From the NCBI RefSeq assembly GCF_009914755.1, contig NC_060931.1: a DNA stretch of 64,000 bases. One strand, written 5' to 3'. A model generated the notes under the pieces. That model did no database searches. It had not been told where the DNA came from and worked only from the letters and a program-made list of their open reading frames with translations. The first letter of the stretch is position 1. The number at the start of each line of letters is the position of its first letter. The translations under genes were made by a program, and so were the position numbers. The DNA comes from the human T2T-CHM13v2.0 reference genome, Homo sapiens. Positions 40,130-54,266 of this stretch are shown piece after piece.

Positions 40130-40870
40130 AAGAGCCTATGCATGTACTTTGCTTTCTTCCAGTGGACTTATTATATAACTTTGTGATGTGTCCATATTTT
40201 GTATATATAAATCAATGTAATGTTTTTATTACCTTACAGTAATCAAATGTACTGAAGTGCCATGATTTATTTAGTAATTACTTCATTAATGCACTTCTGA
40301 TGGTTTACGAGTTTTGCTATTACAAATCAGGCAGCAATGAACATCACTGCATACACATTTTTGCCTGGAATCTTGCAAAGTGCTAATTTAGAAGTTATAA
40401 GTATACGGCATTTTTATAGATTATGCCAAATTGACCTATTGACCTTTCAAATGTATACATCAAGTTGTACTCTTATAATAGTGTATGAAAATACCAAATT
40501 TCCCACCTTTATCAGCAAATTCCTAATCATTTACATTTCTATTTAATATCAGTTACAAGTTACATCTTATTTTTTAATTTGTATTATTTAGGTTACTTAT
40601 AATATTAAGGGTAGATTTTAGGATTTTTTTATGTGTGCAATTTACATTTCTTCTGTATGTTGTTTCTTCATATATGAAACATTTTTTAATTGGTAACTTT
40701 TTTTATGGATTACTTTATGGGAATTTCTTACATGTTAAGGATGTCGATACTCCATTAAGTATTGTAAACATTTGCTCTAGCTATGTCATTTATGACCTTT
40801 ATTTATGGTGTCTTTGGTTATACAGAATCTTTAAATCTTATGTAGTAATATTCATCATTGAATTATAATT
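40130..40870 (-). mobile_element. L1ME 3' fragment
   Basis: 'gttttgctattacaaatcaggcagcaatgaacatc', 'tagattatgccaaattg'. Confidence 0.65.
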
Positions 40871-41284
40871 TTCACAGAAACTTTTTATAAAATTAAGATA
40901 TTCTAAACTGGAGAACTGCATTTCTAAAAGCATTTTGTTTAAAGTGAGGGCGTTGCTAGTTAGCACTAGCAGAATTTCAGTAAGTATGCAAAAGTACTTG
41001 AAGTTTAGAAGAGTTGAGCTTTAACAAGCTTACTTCTGTTAGGATTCTATTGTACTGTTATACTCCTGCATCTCTCAGGTGAAGAAGCTCTCTTAGGATT
41101 CTAACAGGCAACTAGAAAAGAGCTTCACAAAATGAAGACAATAGGTTCCTAACAAAGAGCTCTGGGACAGCAAGGAACTAATGAACAAGGAAGCAGGGCA
41201 GATAAATAGTAAAAAAAAAAATACTTATATTTCGGATGATAATAGTCAGGAGCATTTAAAATTTGAATCTGATCAAAGTATCTG

Positions 41285-41666
41285 CAATCACGCTTCACTT
41301 AATGACGAGGATACACACTCATTGTTAGGTGATTTTATCATTGTGCGAACATCATAGAGTGTACTTACACAAACCTAGATGGTATAGCCAAGTACTTGCC
41401 TGGGCTACAAGGTATAGCCTATGCTACAAACCTGTATAACATGCTGCTGTTCTGAATACTGTATGCAGTGGTAGCACAATGGTAAATATTTGTGTACCTA
41501 AACATATCTAAATTATAGAAAAGATGATGCGTTTGCCCTACAACGTTACAACAGCTACAACATCCCTAGGTGACAGGACTTTTTCAGCTCCATTATACTC
41601 TAATGAGACCACCATCATGTATGCAGTCCGTAGTTAACTGAAACATCATTATGCGGGACATAACTG
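41285..41666. mobile_element. Tigger3/MER7-type DNA transposon derivative
   Basis: 'tgtgcgaacatcatagagtgtacttacacaaacctagatggtatagcc'; ends 'cattatgcgggacataactg-ta'. Confidence 0.9.
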
Positions 41667-41889
41667 TATTTAAATTTGTTGGTAAGGCAGCTGAAAGTCC
41701 TTAAGGGATAAGTGTGTAAACTAATGTTTTAAAACATTATTCATACACAGGGTGCAGGAAGATGAGGCTCACATATACCTTTGATAATATCACCCAGTGT
41801 TAAATGCTATAAATCATATGCTTTGGTGTGTGTCAGAAGAGTCTCTGCTCACTGTTCTCCTCTCCAAAATGTACTAAGCTATTATTGCA

Positions 41890-44070
41890 CATTTTCTCTT
41901 CCAGATACATTTTAAGACTGATAAATTTCACAAAAGTCCTGTGGGGATTTATAGAGGAATTGAAGGAGAAATGACGTTTTTACAATAGTGAATTCTCTCT
42001 TACAGGAATATGTTCTCTTTCAGTTCATCGAGGTCCTCTTTTATGACTTTCAGGAAAGCTTTATAGTTTTTCTTTTTCACTAGGACATGACCATTTTTTT
42101 TTGTTATGGTAGTTCTAAAATGATTTCTATGTGTGCTTATGTGTGTGTGTGCACTGCACTTTTTCTACACATTTTACCTTCACATTTTCTGTGACAAAAA
42201 TGACACATAGGTTGAAAAATTATGTACATCAATTTTTATTTAGTTTAGTTGCTTGTTTAATTATATATCTGAATATGGGAAATCAATTTCTTACACTTTC
42301 ACTGTAGATGATTATTGTTTTGAAAATAATTGCAACTTTGAATTCTGCATACCAATATTTTTATCTTAGCTAATAAGTTTGCCTTTTAATTTTAGCTTAT
42401 TAATTTTTAATTATATAAAGTAATGTACTTGATTACATTAACATGTTTCCATTTTTTCCTAATTTTTTTATTTGACTCATTCAGTTGACTGGCCAGTGGA
42501 TACTGGTAGTTGGTCAGAGCTTTCAGAAAATTGCAGATCCTTTCCATGTTAGCCTCTCTAGAAGGCAGCTTGAATGTCCTCATGACATGGCATCCAGCTT
42601 TTCTGAGATCCAGGGAGCCATGAGAGCAAGGCAGAAACCATAATGCCCTGTAAATCTAGTCCTGGAAATCATACAGTCAACTCTGCTACAGTTGATATAT
42701 GGGAAACAAATTACTAAATCTTCCTATATTCAATAGGAGTGAGATTAGGCTCCACCTTTTGAAAAGAAGATTGTCTGAGAACTTGTGGACATACTTATGT
42801 GTACCAGCATAATATATTCCTACAAACTACATATTTTTGTATATATTAATTTTTATGAGTGGTATTATAGTTTGTGTATCCAACCATTACTTTTTAAATC
42901 CAATGTTTTGTAATTTATCTGTAATGGTATATGTATAGAGAGACTTCCAATATTTCAATCATTTAATAACTATTTTGTGAATATACCTTATATTCATTAT
43001 CATATTGATAAAATTTAGTTTAAGAGTTTTATTTTTCACTGTAAACAGTGGTTCTATAAATACTCATAGATGTCTCTTCATACAACAGTGAGAATTTTTG
43101 GTAGAGTATATATCTAGAAAAGGAATTTGTGAGTAATTATTACATAATTTCATCTTTGTAGACATAATCAAATTTCTCTCTACAAGCAGGATATTAGAGA
43201 CCTTATTTTTACATTGTCACCGGATTTGGTATTTCTTATTTTTTTTCAATCTTAATGTAAAGACTGTCTCATTATAGTTTTCATTTTAAATTAATTGGAT
43301 TTGGATTTTCTTTTCTGAGGATTTCTTTTTTTTTTTTTTTGGCCCACTTTTTCTATGGGTTTTTTTCAAATTTATTTGCAGAAATTATTTATATTTTGTT
43401 GTACAAATACCTTTCTCTTATTAAATCAAAACTGATACTTCCAGAAGTGAGTTTATGATTAAAGTCAAAAGAGAAACAAGCAAACAAGCAAAAGAACTTT
43501 CTCTCCAAGACTAAAGAAAATGCAAGCAAACAAACGAAATGGATTCACTGTGTCTGGTTCTGGTCTCAAAATAAATGAAGTCACTAACATTCCCGCTAAC
43601 TTAACATTTTCTTTAGGCATCTATCTACACTATAATATCATCATGAACAATCTTCAAAACCTTTTTGTCTTGTTTTATTTTTCATAACCACCAATGCAAA
43701 GTTGAATCTGGATACATGAAAGTGGATACAGCTGTCTCATTCTCAATCTTGAGATGAAGGCTTTCAACATCTAACTCTGTTAGATGTTTGTGCTGACTTT
43801 ATAAAATGTTTTGGTATATAATCTTTAATCAATTAAGGGATTGCCACTTAATTCCAGTTGAATGGGTAATTTTTAATCATAAGTAGAAGTCTTTTGCATT
43901 TATATATGATCACATTATTTTTTCATTTATTCTGTTAACATAAATTACATTCTTTGATTTCTTTCATCAATGTTTTATAGGTTTCCTAATTTAAATCTTG
44001 AAAATATTTTGTTAGATTTACATCTAAGTATTTCATTATTTTGGGGAGCTAATGTAAGGGTATTGTGCTC
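41890..44070 (-). mobile_element. Scattered L1ME ORF2/3' fragments
   Basis: 'tttacaatagtgaattctctc', 'aaatattttgttagatttacatctaagtatttc'; discontinuous. Confidence 0.55.
42480..42809 (-). mobile_element. MLT1F-like MaLR LTR fragment
   Basis: 'gcagcttgaatgtcctcatgacatggca...attaggctccaccttttgaa...ttgtggacata'. Confidence 0.75.
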
Positions 44071-44079
44071 ATTCTTCTT

Positions 44080-46090
44080 TTTTAAGTAAGCTTTTTAAAA
44101 ATTCTGAAATACTTTTAGATTTACAGAAAGATTGTGAAGATGTATCCAAAGTCCTCCATCATTATAATGGAAAACACTGGATACATGGAGTATGTAGGAA
44201 CTGATAATGTAATCATAATGCTAATGTAATAATTTTACAATTGATGAAACAATAATGATACATTGTTATTAAATCTGTACTAAATTCCATATTTCTTACC
44301 TTTTACCTATATTTTCTGTTGCCAAATATGTTACAGTCATCATGTCTCTTAGATTCCTCTCAGCTCTGAACAGTTCATCAGGTTTTCCTTGTTTTTTGAT
44401 GACTTTTACATTTGGAGGAGCACTGGTCAGGTATTTTGTAGAATGTCCCTTGAGTTGGATTTCTCTGATACTTTTCATATGAGAAGATGGAGGTTATGCC
44501 TTTTGCAAAGAACGACCAGAGAGGAAAAGAGCTATTCTCATTCCATTATATGAAGGATACATACTATCAACCTGGCTTCTCATTGTCGATGTTGATCTTG
44601 AGGTTAAGGTAGTTTTTGTCAGTTTTCTTCATTGTAAAGTTACTTCCCTCCTCACTTTTTCATACTGTACTCTTTGGACAGGAGTCATATGCATAGCCTA
44701 CCCATAATGAGTGGGGTGTGGCCTTCTACCTCCTTCAGGGCAGACTATTGATATATATTATTTAGAGGTCTGCATGTGAATTTTTTCTGTTCTCCTCCAT
44801 TTATTTAGTAATGCAATCATTTATTTATATCAGGAAGGACACAGATATTTATTCCATACTAGGGCTGTAATCCGTCTCTTCTTGATTTATTTCATTGCTT
44901 GGATTGTTCCAGCTTCGGGTATTATAGATCTTTCACTTAGTTCCTGTACCCCCTTGACATATCTCCATCGTTGTGTGAGTGCTATTTGTGTGGGGAGGAA
45001 AGGCATATCTGTACTTTCTGGCACTGTAAGATGGTCCAGGCTCAACTTGCATATTTTCTGCCTCAGTCCTAGCATCAGCCATTTATCCAAGAAATACTGG
45101 TTCTTTTTATTGGAGAATGGCATTAGAAATCAAGATCTGGGCAGTAGATGTACTCACTGATTCTAGGCTCACTCATCTGACAAAACAAGAAAATACATAC
45201 ATGGAAGCTAACCCATGTGCACATACTTATAAATATTACTGTATGTAACCATCTGTATTAGTCAGGGTTCCCTAGAGGGACAGAACTAATAGGAGATCTA
45301 TATAAAGAGGAGTTTATTAAGTATTAACTTACATAATCACAAGCTCCCACAATAGTCTGTCTGCAAGCTTGAGGAGCAAGGAGACCCAGTCCGAGTCTCA
45401 AAACTGAAGAACTTGGAGTCCGATGTTTGAGGGCAGGAAGCATCCAGCACGGGAGAAAGATGTAGGCTGGGAGGCTAGGCCAGTCTCGCCTTTTTACACT
45501 TTTCTGCCTGCTTTATATTTGCTGGCAGCTGATTAGATTGTGCCCACCAGATTAAGGGTGGGTCTGCCTTCCCAGTCCACTGACTCATATGTTAATCTCC
45601 TTTGGCAACACCCACATAGATATACCCAGGATCAATACTTTACATCCTTCAATCCAATCAAGTTGACACTCAGTATTCACCACCACACCATCTGCATCTA
45701 TATGAAGCTAAACCATGAGTTCATACTGATATTTGTATCTCTACCCATGACAACAAGGAACATTTCTTTGCTTATATGAAACTGCTTCCTTCAGCACTGA
45801 GAAACCTGGTTCTCACTATCACCATCCATTTATTTAATTGTTTAACTCCAGTATAACTATGTAGTGGTTTTAGACTTAACCTCTACCCCCGGGCAACAAA
45901 TCTATCAGAGTAGTGTATACTACAGAGTAGTACAGTATAAGAGTGCAGCAGACAACTAAAGTGTACAGTACAGTGCTTATGAAAAATTTATTGGCCTTTA
46001 GTCTTACAGACTCCATTCATTTCCAAAGTTACCTAGGTTGGCATTTTTTCCCCTAGTCCTTCAGTGAGATTGCTTCATATATTTTAATAC
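44080..46090 (-). mobile_element. L1MC-type 3'UTR, interrupted by MLT2A
   Basis: 'ttttagatttacagaaagattg', 'actggtcaggtattttgtagaatgtccc', 'ggagaatggcattagaaatcaagatctggg'. Confidence 0.8.
45254..45687 (-). mobile_element. MLT2A-like (HERV-L) solo LTR with 5-bp TSD
   Basis: tgtattagtcagggttc...ccaatcaagttgacactcagtatt...caca; TSD ccatc at 45249-45253 and 45688-45692. Confidence 0.95.
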
Positions 46091-46099
46091 TATAATAAC

Positions 46100-46760
46100 T
46101 AATCATAGTTTTGTGCTTTGTATATATCCGTATTATGCTTCTCCTATGGTTCTTCCTTTATTTTCTATTCTGTTGTTGTTTTCATTAGAATTTTGTTTTG
46201 TTATATGCCTGCTGATTTTTCTTTGTAAGTTAAGCACTGCATATGAAATTTTTAGGCATAATTTGAGCTTCTGAATAGTGTTAACTGTCTCCAGAGAGGA
46301 ATTACTTTTTCATCTGGCAGGCAGATGACAAACCTAATTAATACAATCAGCATTTGAAATTATTACAGCTGGCCTTTGCTCACTGGTTTATTTTCGGTTC
46401 AACTTTAATGATATATCATAGCCTTTTGGGTTGCCAAGCCTCAGTTATCTATCAGAACTCTTACTGGCAGGTATGATTTCCATTTTTTAAATCCTGATCT
46501 CCAACCCCATGAGCCTACAAAGATTTCCACTCAGATTTTCAACCTCTCACTAACAACTTTTAAATTACCAAATAACATTGGTAGAAAAGCAACATTCAAT
46601 GTCATGTTTCTTTCTTTTACTTCAAATTTCTTGTAGATATTGGCTCAAAATAATCTTATTGCCCAGGTAACTCTCAGATGGCTTCAATGAGATGGTTTTA
46701 ATCTTTTTTTAGCTGTTCTAGTTCTCTCAATGCAGGATTATTGCATACGACTTATCTCAT
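46100..46760 (-). mobile_element. Old L1M 5' fragment
   Basis: 'ctccagagaggaattactttt...ctggcaggcag'; degenerate. Confidence 0.4.
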
Positions 46761-46959
46761 CATGCCTAGAATATAAAGCATTTTCCAATCCCTGTATCTC
46801 TACCCTTACAACTGGAATGACTTGTCCTCTTCCAGAGCAATACTCTTAGATGAAATATGCAGTTATTTGGCCTTCTGGATTTATGAGTGAATAAGTCTAA
46901 TATGGATTCTGTATTTAGATAAGCCAAGGTGGGTTTTCAGTGCCTCTTTTTCCTTACAG

Positions 46960-48798
46960 ATGAAAAAATGTCTGAGATCCAGTTTATCAGATTTGGTAAA
47001 TGCCATCAGGAAAAAATTGGATTCATTTTCCTCCATAGTTCTCTAGGCTCCAACTTTAACCAAACAAACTCTCAATATCTATTATTTCTTTAATAATTTG
47101 ATAAAAATTTTTATCTCTGTATGAGTAGCCATACTTATATTAATGGAAAGAGAAGAGCTTCCTAAATATTTTTTTTATTTTGTATTTTCCCTTTTCATTA
47201 TAAAAAAAGGTGAAGATTTACTGCTATTTAACAGAATCTTTCATATTTTTTTTTCTCAAAGCTGTTATTCTCTGATCCCTTTTTAAACTTCTCTGTTAAA
47301 TACCACTTAGTTTTTCCTTATTTTAAATGGTCTCTAACCCGGACTTTTTATCACATCATACAGATGCAATTTCTTCTTAAATATCATTGAGAATAACAAA
47401 TATTTTAAAATGCCTTTTGTCCATTTTATTACATTTTATAAGAAGATAATTTTAGAGTTTAAAATAAAGTCCATTTATTTTTAATTAGGGTATGTTTTCA
47501 TATGTTTAGTGAGACTTTTTAAATGATCATTTTTAAGGAGTTTCTCCTTCAGTAGAAAACTAGATAATTTCTGTCAGATTGCTTGTACTTTTGTTTTAGT
47601 ATGTTCAAATACTTCGGTCGTAACAAAACAAAGTGAAAACATTTAGATTCCTCATACTATTACATTGCTAATTAAGAAACACAGTGGCTTGTTGGGAATA
47701 GAGTGGAGGCCAATATTAGCTTGGCTTTTGTGTCAAATAGCTTTGTATTTTGCATTTTGTGTGGTAGCAAGATATCATTGTGGCATTTTCCATTCATGCC
47801 AAATATAAACTTGTACAAAGCTACCACAGAAGCCAAATGTTGTGTGACTGCCTTTGTCGGGACTGCTTACCAAAGGTGCTAGAGGGAATTGTATATACCG
47901 CACATATCCCACAAACTGTCCTTGATTCTAGTTTTCATTAACTGATAAAGTTTCTAAGTGAAGCTCTTCCGGTGTCCTCCCACTTACTTTCATGTGGTGT
48001 GTTCCTTTGCATTGTTAGAGAGGAAATTAGAGTTCTTTTCCCCGATGTGGTTATTTCTAGCAGAAATTTATCAATGTTCTATTCTGTGGATATTTATTTA
48101 TATTGAAGTTTTAAGACTTCTAATTTTAATGAGTTTTTTTTTTTGTTTGTTTTTTGGAAGGGCAGTAAAATTAGATAAGTGAGCTCAGGTTCCATCTTTC
48201 CTAAAACTATTCCTTTTTTTTTTTTTTTTTTTTAGCACTGTTTTTCTTCAAACTGAAGATTTAACGGTATCAAACTAACACAGGGTAGTGTTTTTTGAAG
48301 GAAATTAGATGTCATCATTTCCACTTTTATTAACTTAGACATTTTATTTTATACTTATGTAAAGAGTTATTTTAAATGTACCTATACATACATAGACACA
48401 CATGTAATCATATGTTATTTGCATATATTAAGCAAAACAAATTAGCCAACATCTCCCTAACCCTCTCCTCCTGAAATTAATGTTATTTTTAACATTTCTA
48501 AACATTCTGAGATTAATTCTTAATGTCTTTGTGGGTCAGATGCATGGTGACTTGGTTAAATATTTGATACTCTCTACTGGCATCCACCGGAATAGTTATT
48601 TGTCTAACCTTCACAGCTGGTGTTCTTCAATTTTTATCCCTACCTTTACTATTTTTCCACAGACACTGGGGCTTATCTTGCATAATTGCCAAGGGTACTT
48701 GGAGAACTGGATTCCAGTTTGCCTCACAGCTTTCTACTGCTGATAGTGTGCCCATCATGATGCCTTCACCATCAGCCAATGTAGAAGAGTATAGTAAG
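46960..48798 (+). other. Cluster of three exon-like segments (46960-46995, 47768/47772-47875, 48663-48793/48798); unidentified, possibly pseudogene or lncRNA exons
   Basis: Pyrimidine tract-AG acceptors and GT donors in non-repeat sequence; one joined frame is open for 92 codons; no homologue recognised. Confidence 0.3.
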
Positions 48799-48974
48799 GT
48801 TTGCAGACCTCCTACTATGAAGTTTTTGTTCATAGTATATATCCCGGAGTCTAGACTATACTTATTAAAGCAGAATGCCTTGTACAATGGTTCAGAAATC
48901 TAACTATTTGCCAAGCTTACTGGGTCATAATTATGAACACTGATGTTTGAAACACACTGCCATGATAATTACGA

Positions 48975-49170
48975 GCAAAAATCTTGGAATCAGGAAGATA
49001 TGGGCTCTAATACAACCCTACTTACTAGATGTAGGATAATGGCAATTGACTGAACATGTGAGGTTCAATTTACACATCCGAAAAATGGACTTAATAATGT
49101 ATTATATATTAAATGTGAGGATATATTGAAGTAATATTTATCAATTTCTTAGTACAATTTCTGGAATATT
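48975..49170 (+). mobile_element. MIR (3' tail resumes ~49899-49915)
   Basis: 'ttggaatcaggaagatatgggctctaa...cttactagatgtagga...aaaatggacttaataat'. Confidence 0.7.
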
Positions 49171-49898
49171 CTATATTTCATCAACTCTAAGATGTCATTG
49201 ATTTTAAGAAGTGTGATTATTTAATGTATAGTGGAAAGAAGGGGAAATGTTGGCAGTTACACTGTAACGAAGTACTTTCCAATTGCTTAGACATTTTATT
49301 TTATACTTGCTTCAAGAGTTCTTTAAAACTTACATATTATCACATAACATGAGATGTCATCAATATTAAAAGAGAATATAAGCAAAACAAATTGATGAAG
49401 TCATTTTCTAAAACTTCTACACATTCTGAGATTGACTTTTCTTAACATCTTTGTAACTCAGAATTTCATCTTCTCTTCTACCAGCATTGTGGTGTAAACA
49501 TTACTAAAAAGAGTGTTCAACTGTTACCTCTAAGTATTTATTTTTCTAGCCAGTGTTTTGAAATTTTTACTTTTTCAGTTTGGGTGCTAAAAATCAAGTA
49601 CAATTATTTTATCAGAATATTGTCAACAGAAGATTTTCAAATTATAACTATGACTAACATGCTTTCTTCAAATTTCTTATGAAATGACCTTTATACAACT
49701 GTTAAGTAATTTAAATTGTCTAGTCAAACTCAAAGGAATAACCAACAAGATCACTCATGTAAAACTGACAAATGTATCACAACTGTGTGTGGCTGAAAGT
49801 AACTAAAATATTTATGTTAAGAGTCAGCTCAGATGCAGATACTACAATGTGGGGGAAACGTGCATTATTATTTTTTTAAAATCAATGAAAGGCAACAG
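49171..49898. mobile_element. Tc2-family (Kanga1-like) DNA transposon derivative
   Basis: 'ctatatttcatcaactctaagatgtcattg' ... 'aatcaatgaaaggcaacag-ta'; left end similar to the element at 17485. Confidence 0.7.
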
Positions 49899-50639
49899 TA
49901 TGTGTTCAGGAAAATAAGAGGCAGATGGCACCTGCTCATTTTCTATTGAATGTCATATTGTGGTCATCTCTCACACCATATGTTTGACCTATTTTGGGCA
50001 TTTGAGTCTTGATTATTAACTTTGTAGAAGTGTCTAATTTCCATGCACCATAGTTCCTGTGAGGTTGTGTATCTGAAGCCCAGAACTTTGCACTTAGCAC
50101 ACTCTCATCAATGTTCGAGTCTGTTCTTTGCCACATGCTGCTGAGACTCTCCCTGAGTGTCTTGTTTCCAGGTCACAACCATTCCTAGAGTGGTCTCCAC
50201 CAGCTTCCATAATCCACTTTTGGAAGAAGAGTAGAAGTGGAAGTGGAAGTGCGTGTGCGGGTTTCTGAACTCCACCCAGAGATGGATTTTGTTTCCATAA
50301 GTATATTATGAACTATGGAATAGGATATGAAAATATCAATATAACAAGGCATTTCTTTCTTTATCTTTTTTCCCCCAGGAATTCTGTATTTGCTGCTTCA
50401 GGATACTGGAAATCTGTATGAGCATTTGGACCTTTTATGAATCTGGGTTTTGGGTTCCAAATTTAGCTAGAGGATTTAATATAAGGTGAAGATTGTATAC
50501 AAATGTCATTTTCTTCTTCTGCTTAATGAGCAGTATGATATATGTGGTAATCATTTTACTAAAACTGGGAGATGTGTTTCTGTTGGCCCTTATGTTATTT
50601 CTACACTTTTTTTCTACAGATTAAGATAATCAGAGTTAT

Positions 50640-50900
50640 TTAAATTGACTTTCAAAGTCCTTAGTAATCTAGCTTCACATTAATTATTCAACTCTCTCTC
50701 CTTATGCTCCCTACTGAAGTCCTCTGCTCCAGTCAGGCTGATCTTCTCATGGTTGTCTGAACACACCATGAGCATTACTGCCTTCTCACCTTTACTCTTC
50801 AAACATCCCTTCAACTAAAGCAAACCATTCTCTCCTTTCATCCTTGAGTATTGCCTTTATTATAACATCTTCTTTTGCCATTCTAAATCACTCTTATACT
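50640..50900 (+). mobile_element. L2 fragment
   Basis: 'ttcaaagtccttagtaatctagc...ctctgctccagtcaggctgatcttctc'. Confidence 0.6.
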
Positions 50901-50910
50901 TCTCTTCTTT

Positions 50911-50990
50911 AATTCATTCAACAAATATTTCTTGAGTACATATTACTACCAGCCTAGTGAAGAATACAAATCAAGCCTCTGCCATTAGGG
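50911..50990 (-). mobile_element. L2 3' terminus
   Basis: 'aattcattcaacaaatatttcttgagtac'. Confidence 0.65.
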
Positions 50991-53067
50991 AAAAATATAG
51001 GCTGTGGAAATCATCAAGTAAGAAACATGCAATATTTATTTTTAGATACGGTAGTTATGCTAAGGGAAATTATAATTATAAATGTAGTTTAATAGGCTTT
51101 GTCAATAACCTTCAATTCCAATCTATGATGCATTTAAATATAGTGCATTAGACTTTTATTTATTTATTTATAGCTTGTCTCCTTAATTAAAGATGAAATC
51201 AAAGAGGCTCAATTCACTGATATTTGCAGTGGAATTGTGACAGTATGGAGAAGAAGTAAAAATGCTTTTTAAGCTTTGCTCCTTTTTCTCACAAAGTGGC
51301 TTGCAATGGCCAGGTATGTAAACACATTAAAACCTCACAGTAACACAGATGCCTGTCCCCTTAATTGGCCCTTGTGTTTCTCTGCCCCTGCTATTTAACA
51401 GGGGAGTGGGGTGAACATTCTTAGGTTCTGCTTGGGGTTGAGTAAGAGCAGGGGTGTCACGAGGGAAAAGATGAGACTTGATTCTTGCCAGAAAATTGAC
51501 CACCAACTCAGTCTCAGAGAGTGAACAGACAGAGGACAGATTCCTATGTCCTCAGTGTCCTGGAAGCCCAAGGACCCCACTGGTTGGGAGAGTCTTAGTA
51601 CTGAAACCATAGTTCAGAAAGGCCTAGCTAGCCATAGAACCAAAAAATCTTCCCAGAATATTTAAGATGGAGTAGAAAAATTCCATCAGGTAGTGACAAA
51701 TGGTAGCTAGGAAACAATAGATGATGAAACAGAGAAAATGGACCCTAACGTTTATGACAATATGCGCTAATATGTTATTCTAGAATTGTATTGAATGTCA
51801 AGATTGCAGTAGAGTTTTACCTTCTATTTTTAAGATTAAAGATATTGATAACATTTTTTCTATAGGTTTAATAAATATCTGATATTTTTGTCATGTGCAT
51901 AGTATTAACTTGTAATTCTGTAGATATCAAAGCTTTTAGCCTAATGTTTATATAATTTTGTAAAACATTTCACCTTCTTTTTCATGCTTATGAAAGTAAA
52001 CATTAGCAGTGAATTCAGCACTTAAGATATAAAAATGTATCTTATACTCTTGCCTTCTTAATGACCTCTGTAAATAACTTTGGATAAAATCTATGGGACA
52101 GTTTCTAGGGTTTTTTTCCCATTGTCTACTGACACCTGTGGAGTTCCCATCTGAATGTGAAAATCTGTAGCAGCTAGAGTTATGTGGCTCCACAGGACAT
52201 GATAATGGGCTAGTTGGAATTGGAAATAAACTGTATTTTCAAATGTTTTAAAACACCACACTGTTCTTTCTATAAACAATTGAAACCTCAAGTCTTCTCC
52301 TGCTCCTGCTCTTTGGAAAGTAAAAATCAGATGTTACTTCTGGCAAATTACTTTGTTCTTTCTTAATCATGAGGTCATCATTTCCCCCTTATTCATTATA
52401 CTTTCAATTCCAACAGGTGTATTCTTTTGAAAATGCTGTATCATGTGTTATATCCGCCTGTGAAAAGAGATATGTGATCAAAATAACTGGAACATAAAAT
52501 TATACTCAACTCCTATAATGAGTGACGAATACTGCCAGTCGCCTGAAAAAAAAAAAAAAAGTGTTGGATTTCACAGTCAGCAGGGGCGTTATTAATCAAA
52601 TATCCTAATTGTTTTCTCCCTGTTGTTTTTCTATTTCCTTATATTTCTATCAATTCAGACTTAGGGATTTTGGCTCTAGATTCCAGCCCATTTTTCCCAC
52701 TGGAAGTTTTCAGAGATCTATGGGTATAGCAGGATTTGGCTAAGTGGTTGAGCTCATTAACACTGCCTGCTTACTGTGGAGACTAAAAGGAATGGGAACA
52801 TGAATTGAAATCGAACTGACAGAGGCTGAACTGAAACTCTGGCTTACATATGTGAAAAGCAGAGAGTGTTGCTCCATAGACTTTTCCAGTAGAAGTTCTG
52901 AACCGTCAGTGTCTTTTGTTTTCAAAGATGCCAATCTACAAAGTGACAATATTTACTAGTACTGAAAATAGACATCAGATACCCCCATAGAGATTAATAT
53001 AATATATACTAAGAGCTCTTTAAGGTTTAAATTGATTCATTCTATATGGAAGATTATATATGACTTT

Positions 53068-53425
53068 TGTTATGGGCTGAATGTTTGTGTCCCTCCAAAA
53101 TTCTTACGTTGAAACCTACTTTCCAATATGAGGGTATTTGAAGGTGGGGCCTTTGGGAGAAGATTAGGTCATGATAGAGGAGGCTTCATAAATAGGATTA
53201 GTGCGCTTTTAAAATAGGCCCCGGAGAGCCCCTTCTGCCGTGGGAGGACACAGCAAGAAAGCACCACCAATGAATCTCAAAGTGTGCTCTTATATGACAC
53301 CAAATCTACTGGCACCTTGATTTTAGACTTAGCAGCCTCCAAAATTATGAGAAATAAATTATTATAGCTTATAACCTTCCCAGTTTATCCTGTTTTATTA
53401 GTAGTAGCCCAAACTGACAAAGATA
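53068..53425 (+). mobile_element. MLT1A0-like MaLR solo LTR
   Basis: 'tgttatgggctgaatgtttgtgtccctccaaaattc...ggcaccttgattttagact...gcccaaactgacaaagata'. Confidence 0.9.
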
Positions 53426-53921
53426 CTACTATTGCTATTTGCACATTACAGTTATAAATTATGAATTTATTCCTTCTGGATAAATAGTCCCTATCTGTAT
53501 CTCATTTTACTCATTATTATAATGAGATTCTGTGTTATACTTTTATATCACACTACTTGTAAGTTAACTTTATCTATTTTAGACAAGCATAGGTTTTCCA
53601 CCCTGAAAAACGAAGGTGTTTAACCAGCCACGCTGCTTGCCACCCACTCCCTTCTGTACTTTGTCTTTCTGTCTTTGGCGGTGCTCACTACTTCCTTTTT
53701 CATTTTAACTATTTGAAAATGAGGCTGTGCTTTACTCTAACACTTGATGTCTAAATAAATCCCCAACTTTAGCATGCCATGATTATATTGATATATTTTG
53801 TGATCAATGACAAAAAAAATTAAAGCTAACATTTTTCTGTACGTTGCTTCAAAAGGGTGCTTCCATGTGATGTAAATGAATAAAATAAGGAGCTTTGTAC
53901 TTCTGTTAAAAAATAATTTTC

Positions 53922-54266
53922 TGCAGCCATAAAAAAGAACCAAATCATGTCTTTGCAGCAACATGGATGCAGCTGGAGGCCATTATTCTAAGCAAATTAA
54001 TGCAGAAACAGAAAACCAAATGCTGCATATTCTCACTTGTAAGTGGGAGCTAAACCTTTGGTACAATGGACATAAAGATGGGAACAACAGACACGGGTTT
54101 CCAAAAGGGGGAAGGGTGGGAGAGAGGGAATGGGAGCAAAACTACCTCTTGGGTACTATGTTTGTTGCTTGGGCAATGAGATTGTTAGAAACCCAAACCT
54201 TGGCATCATGCAATATGCTCATGTAACAAACCTGGACATGTAGTCCTTGAATCTAAAATTTAAAAA
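53922..54266 (+). mobile_element. L1PB/L1PA16-like 3' end
   Basis: 'cagccataaaaaagaaccaaatcatgtctttgcagcaacatggatgcagctggaggccatt...gaatctaaaat'. Confidence 0.9.
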
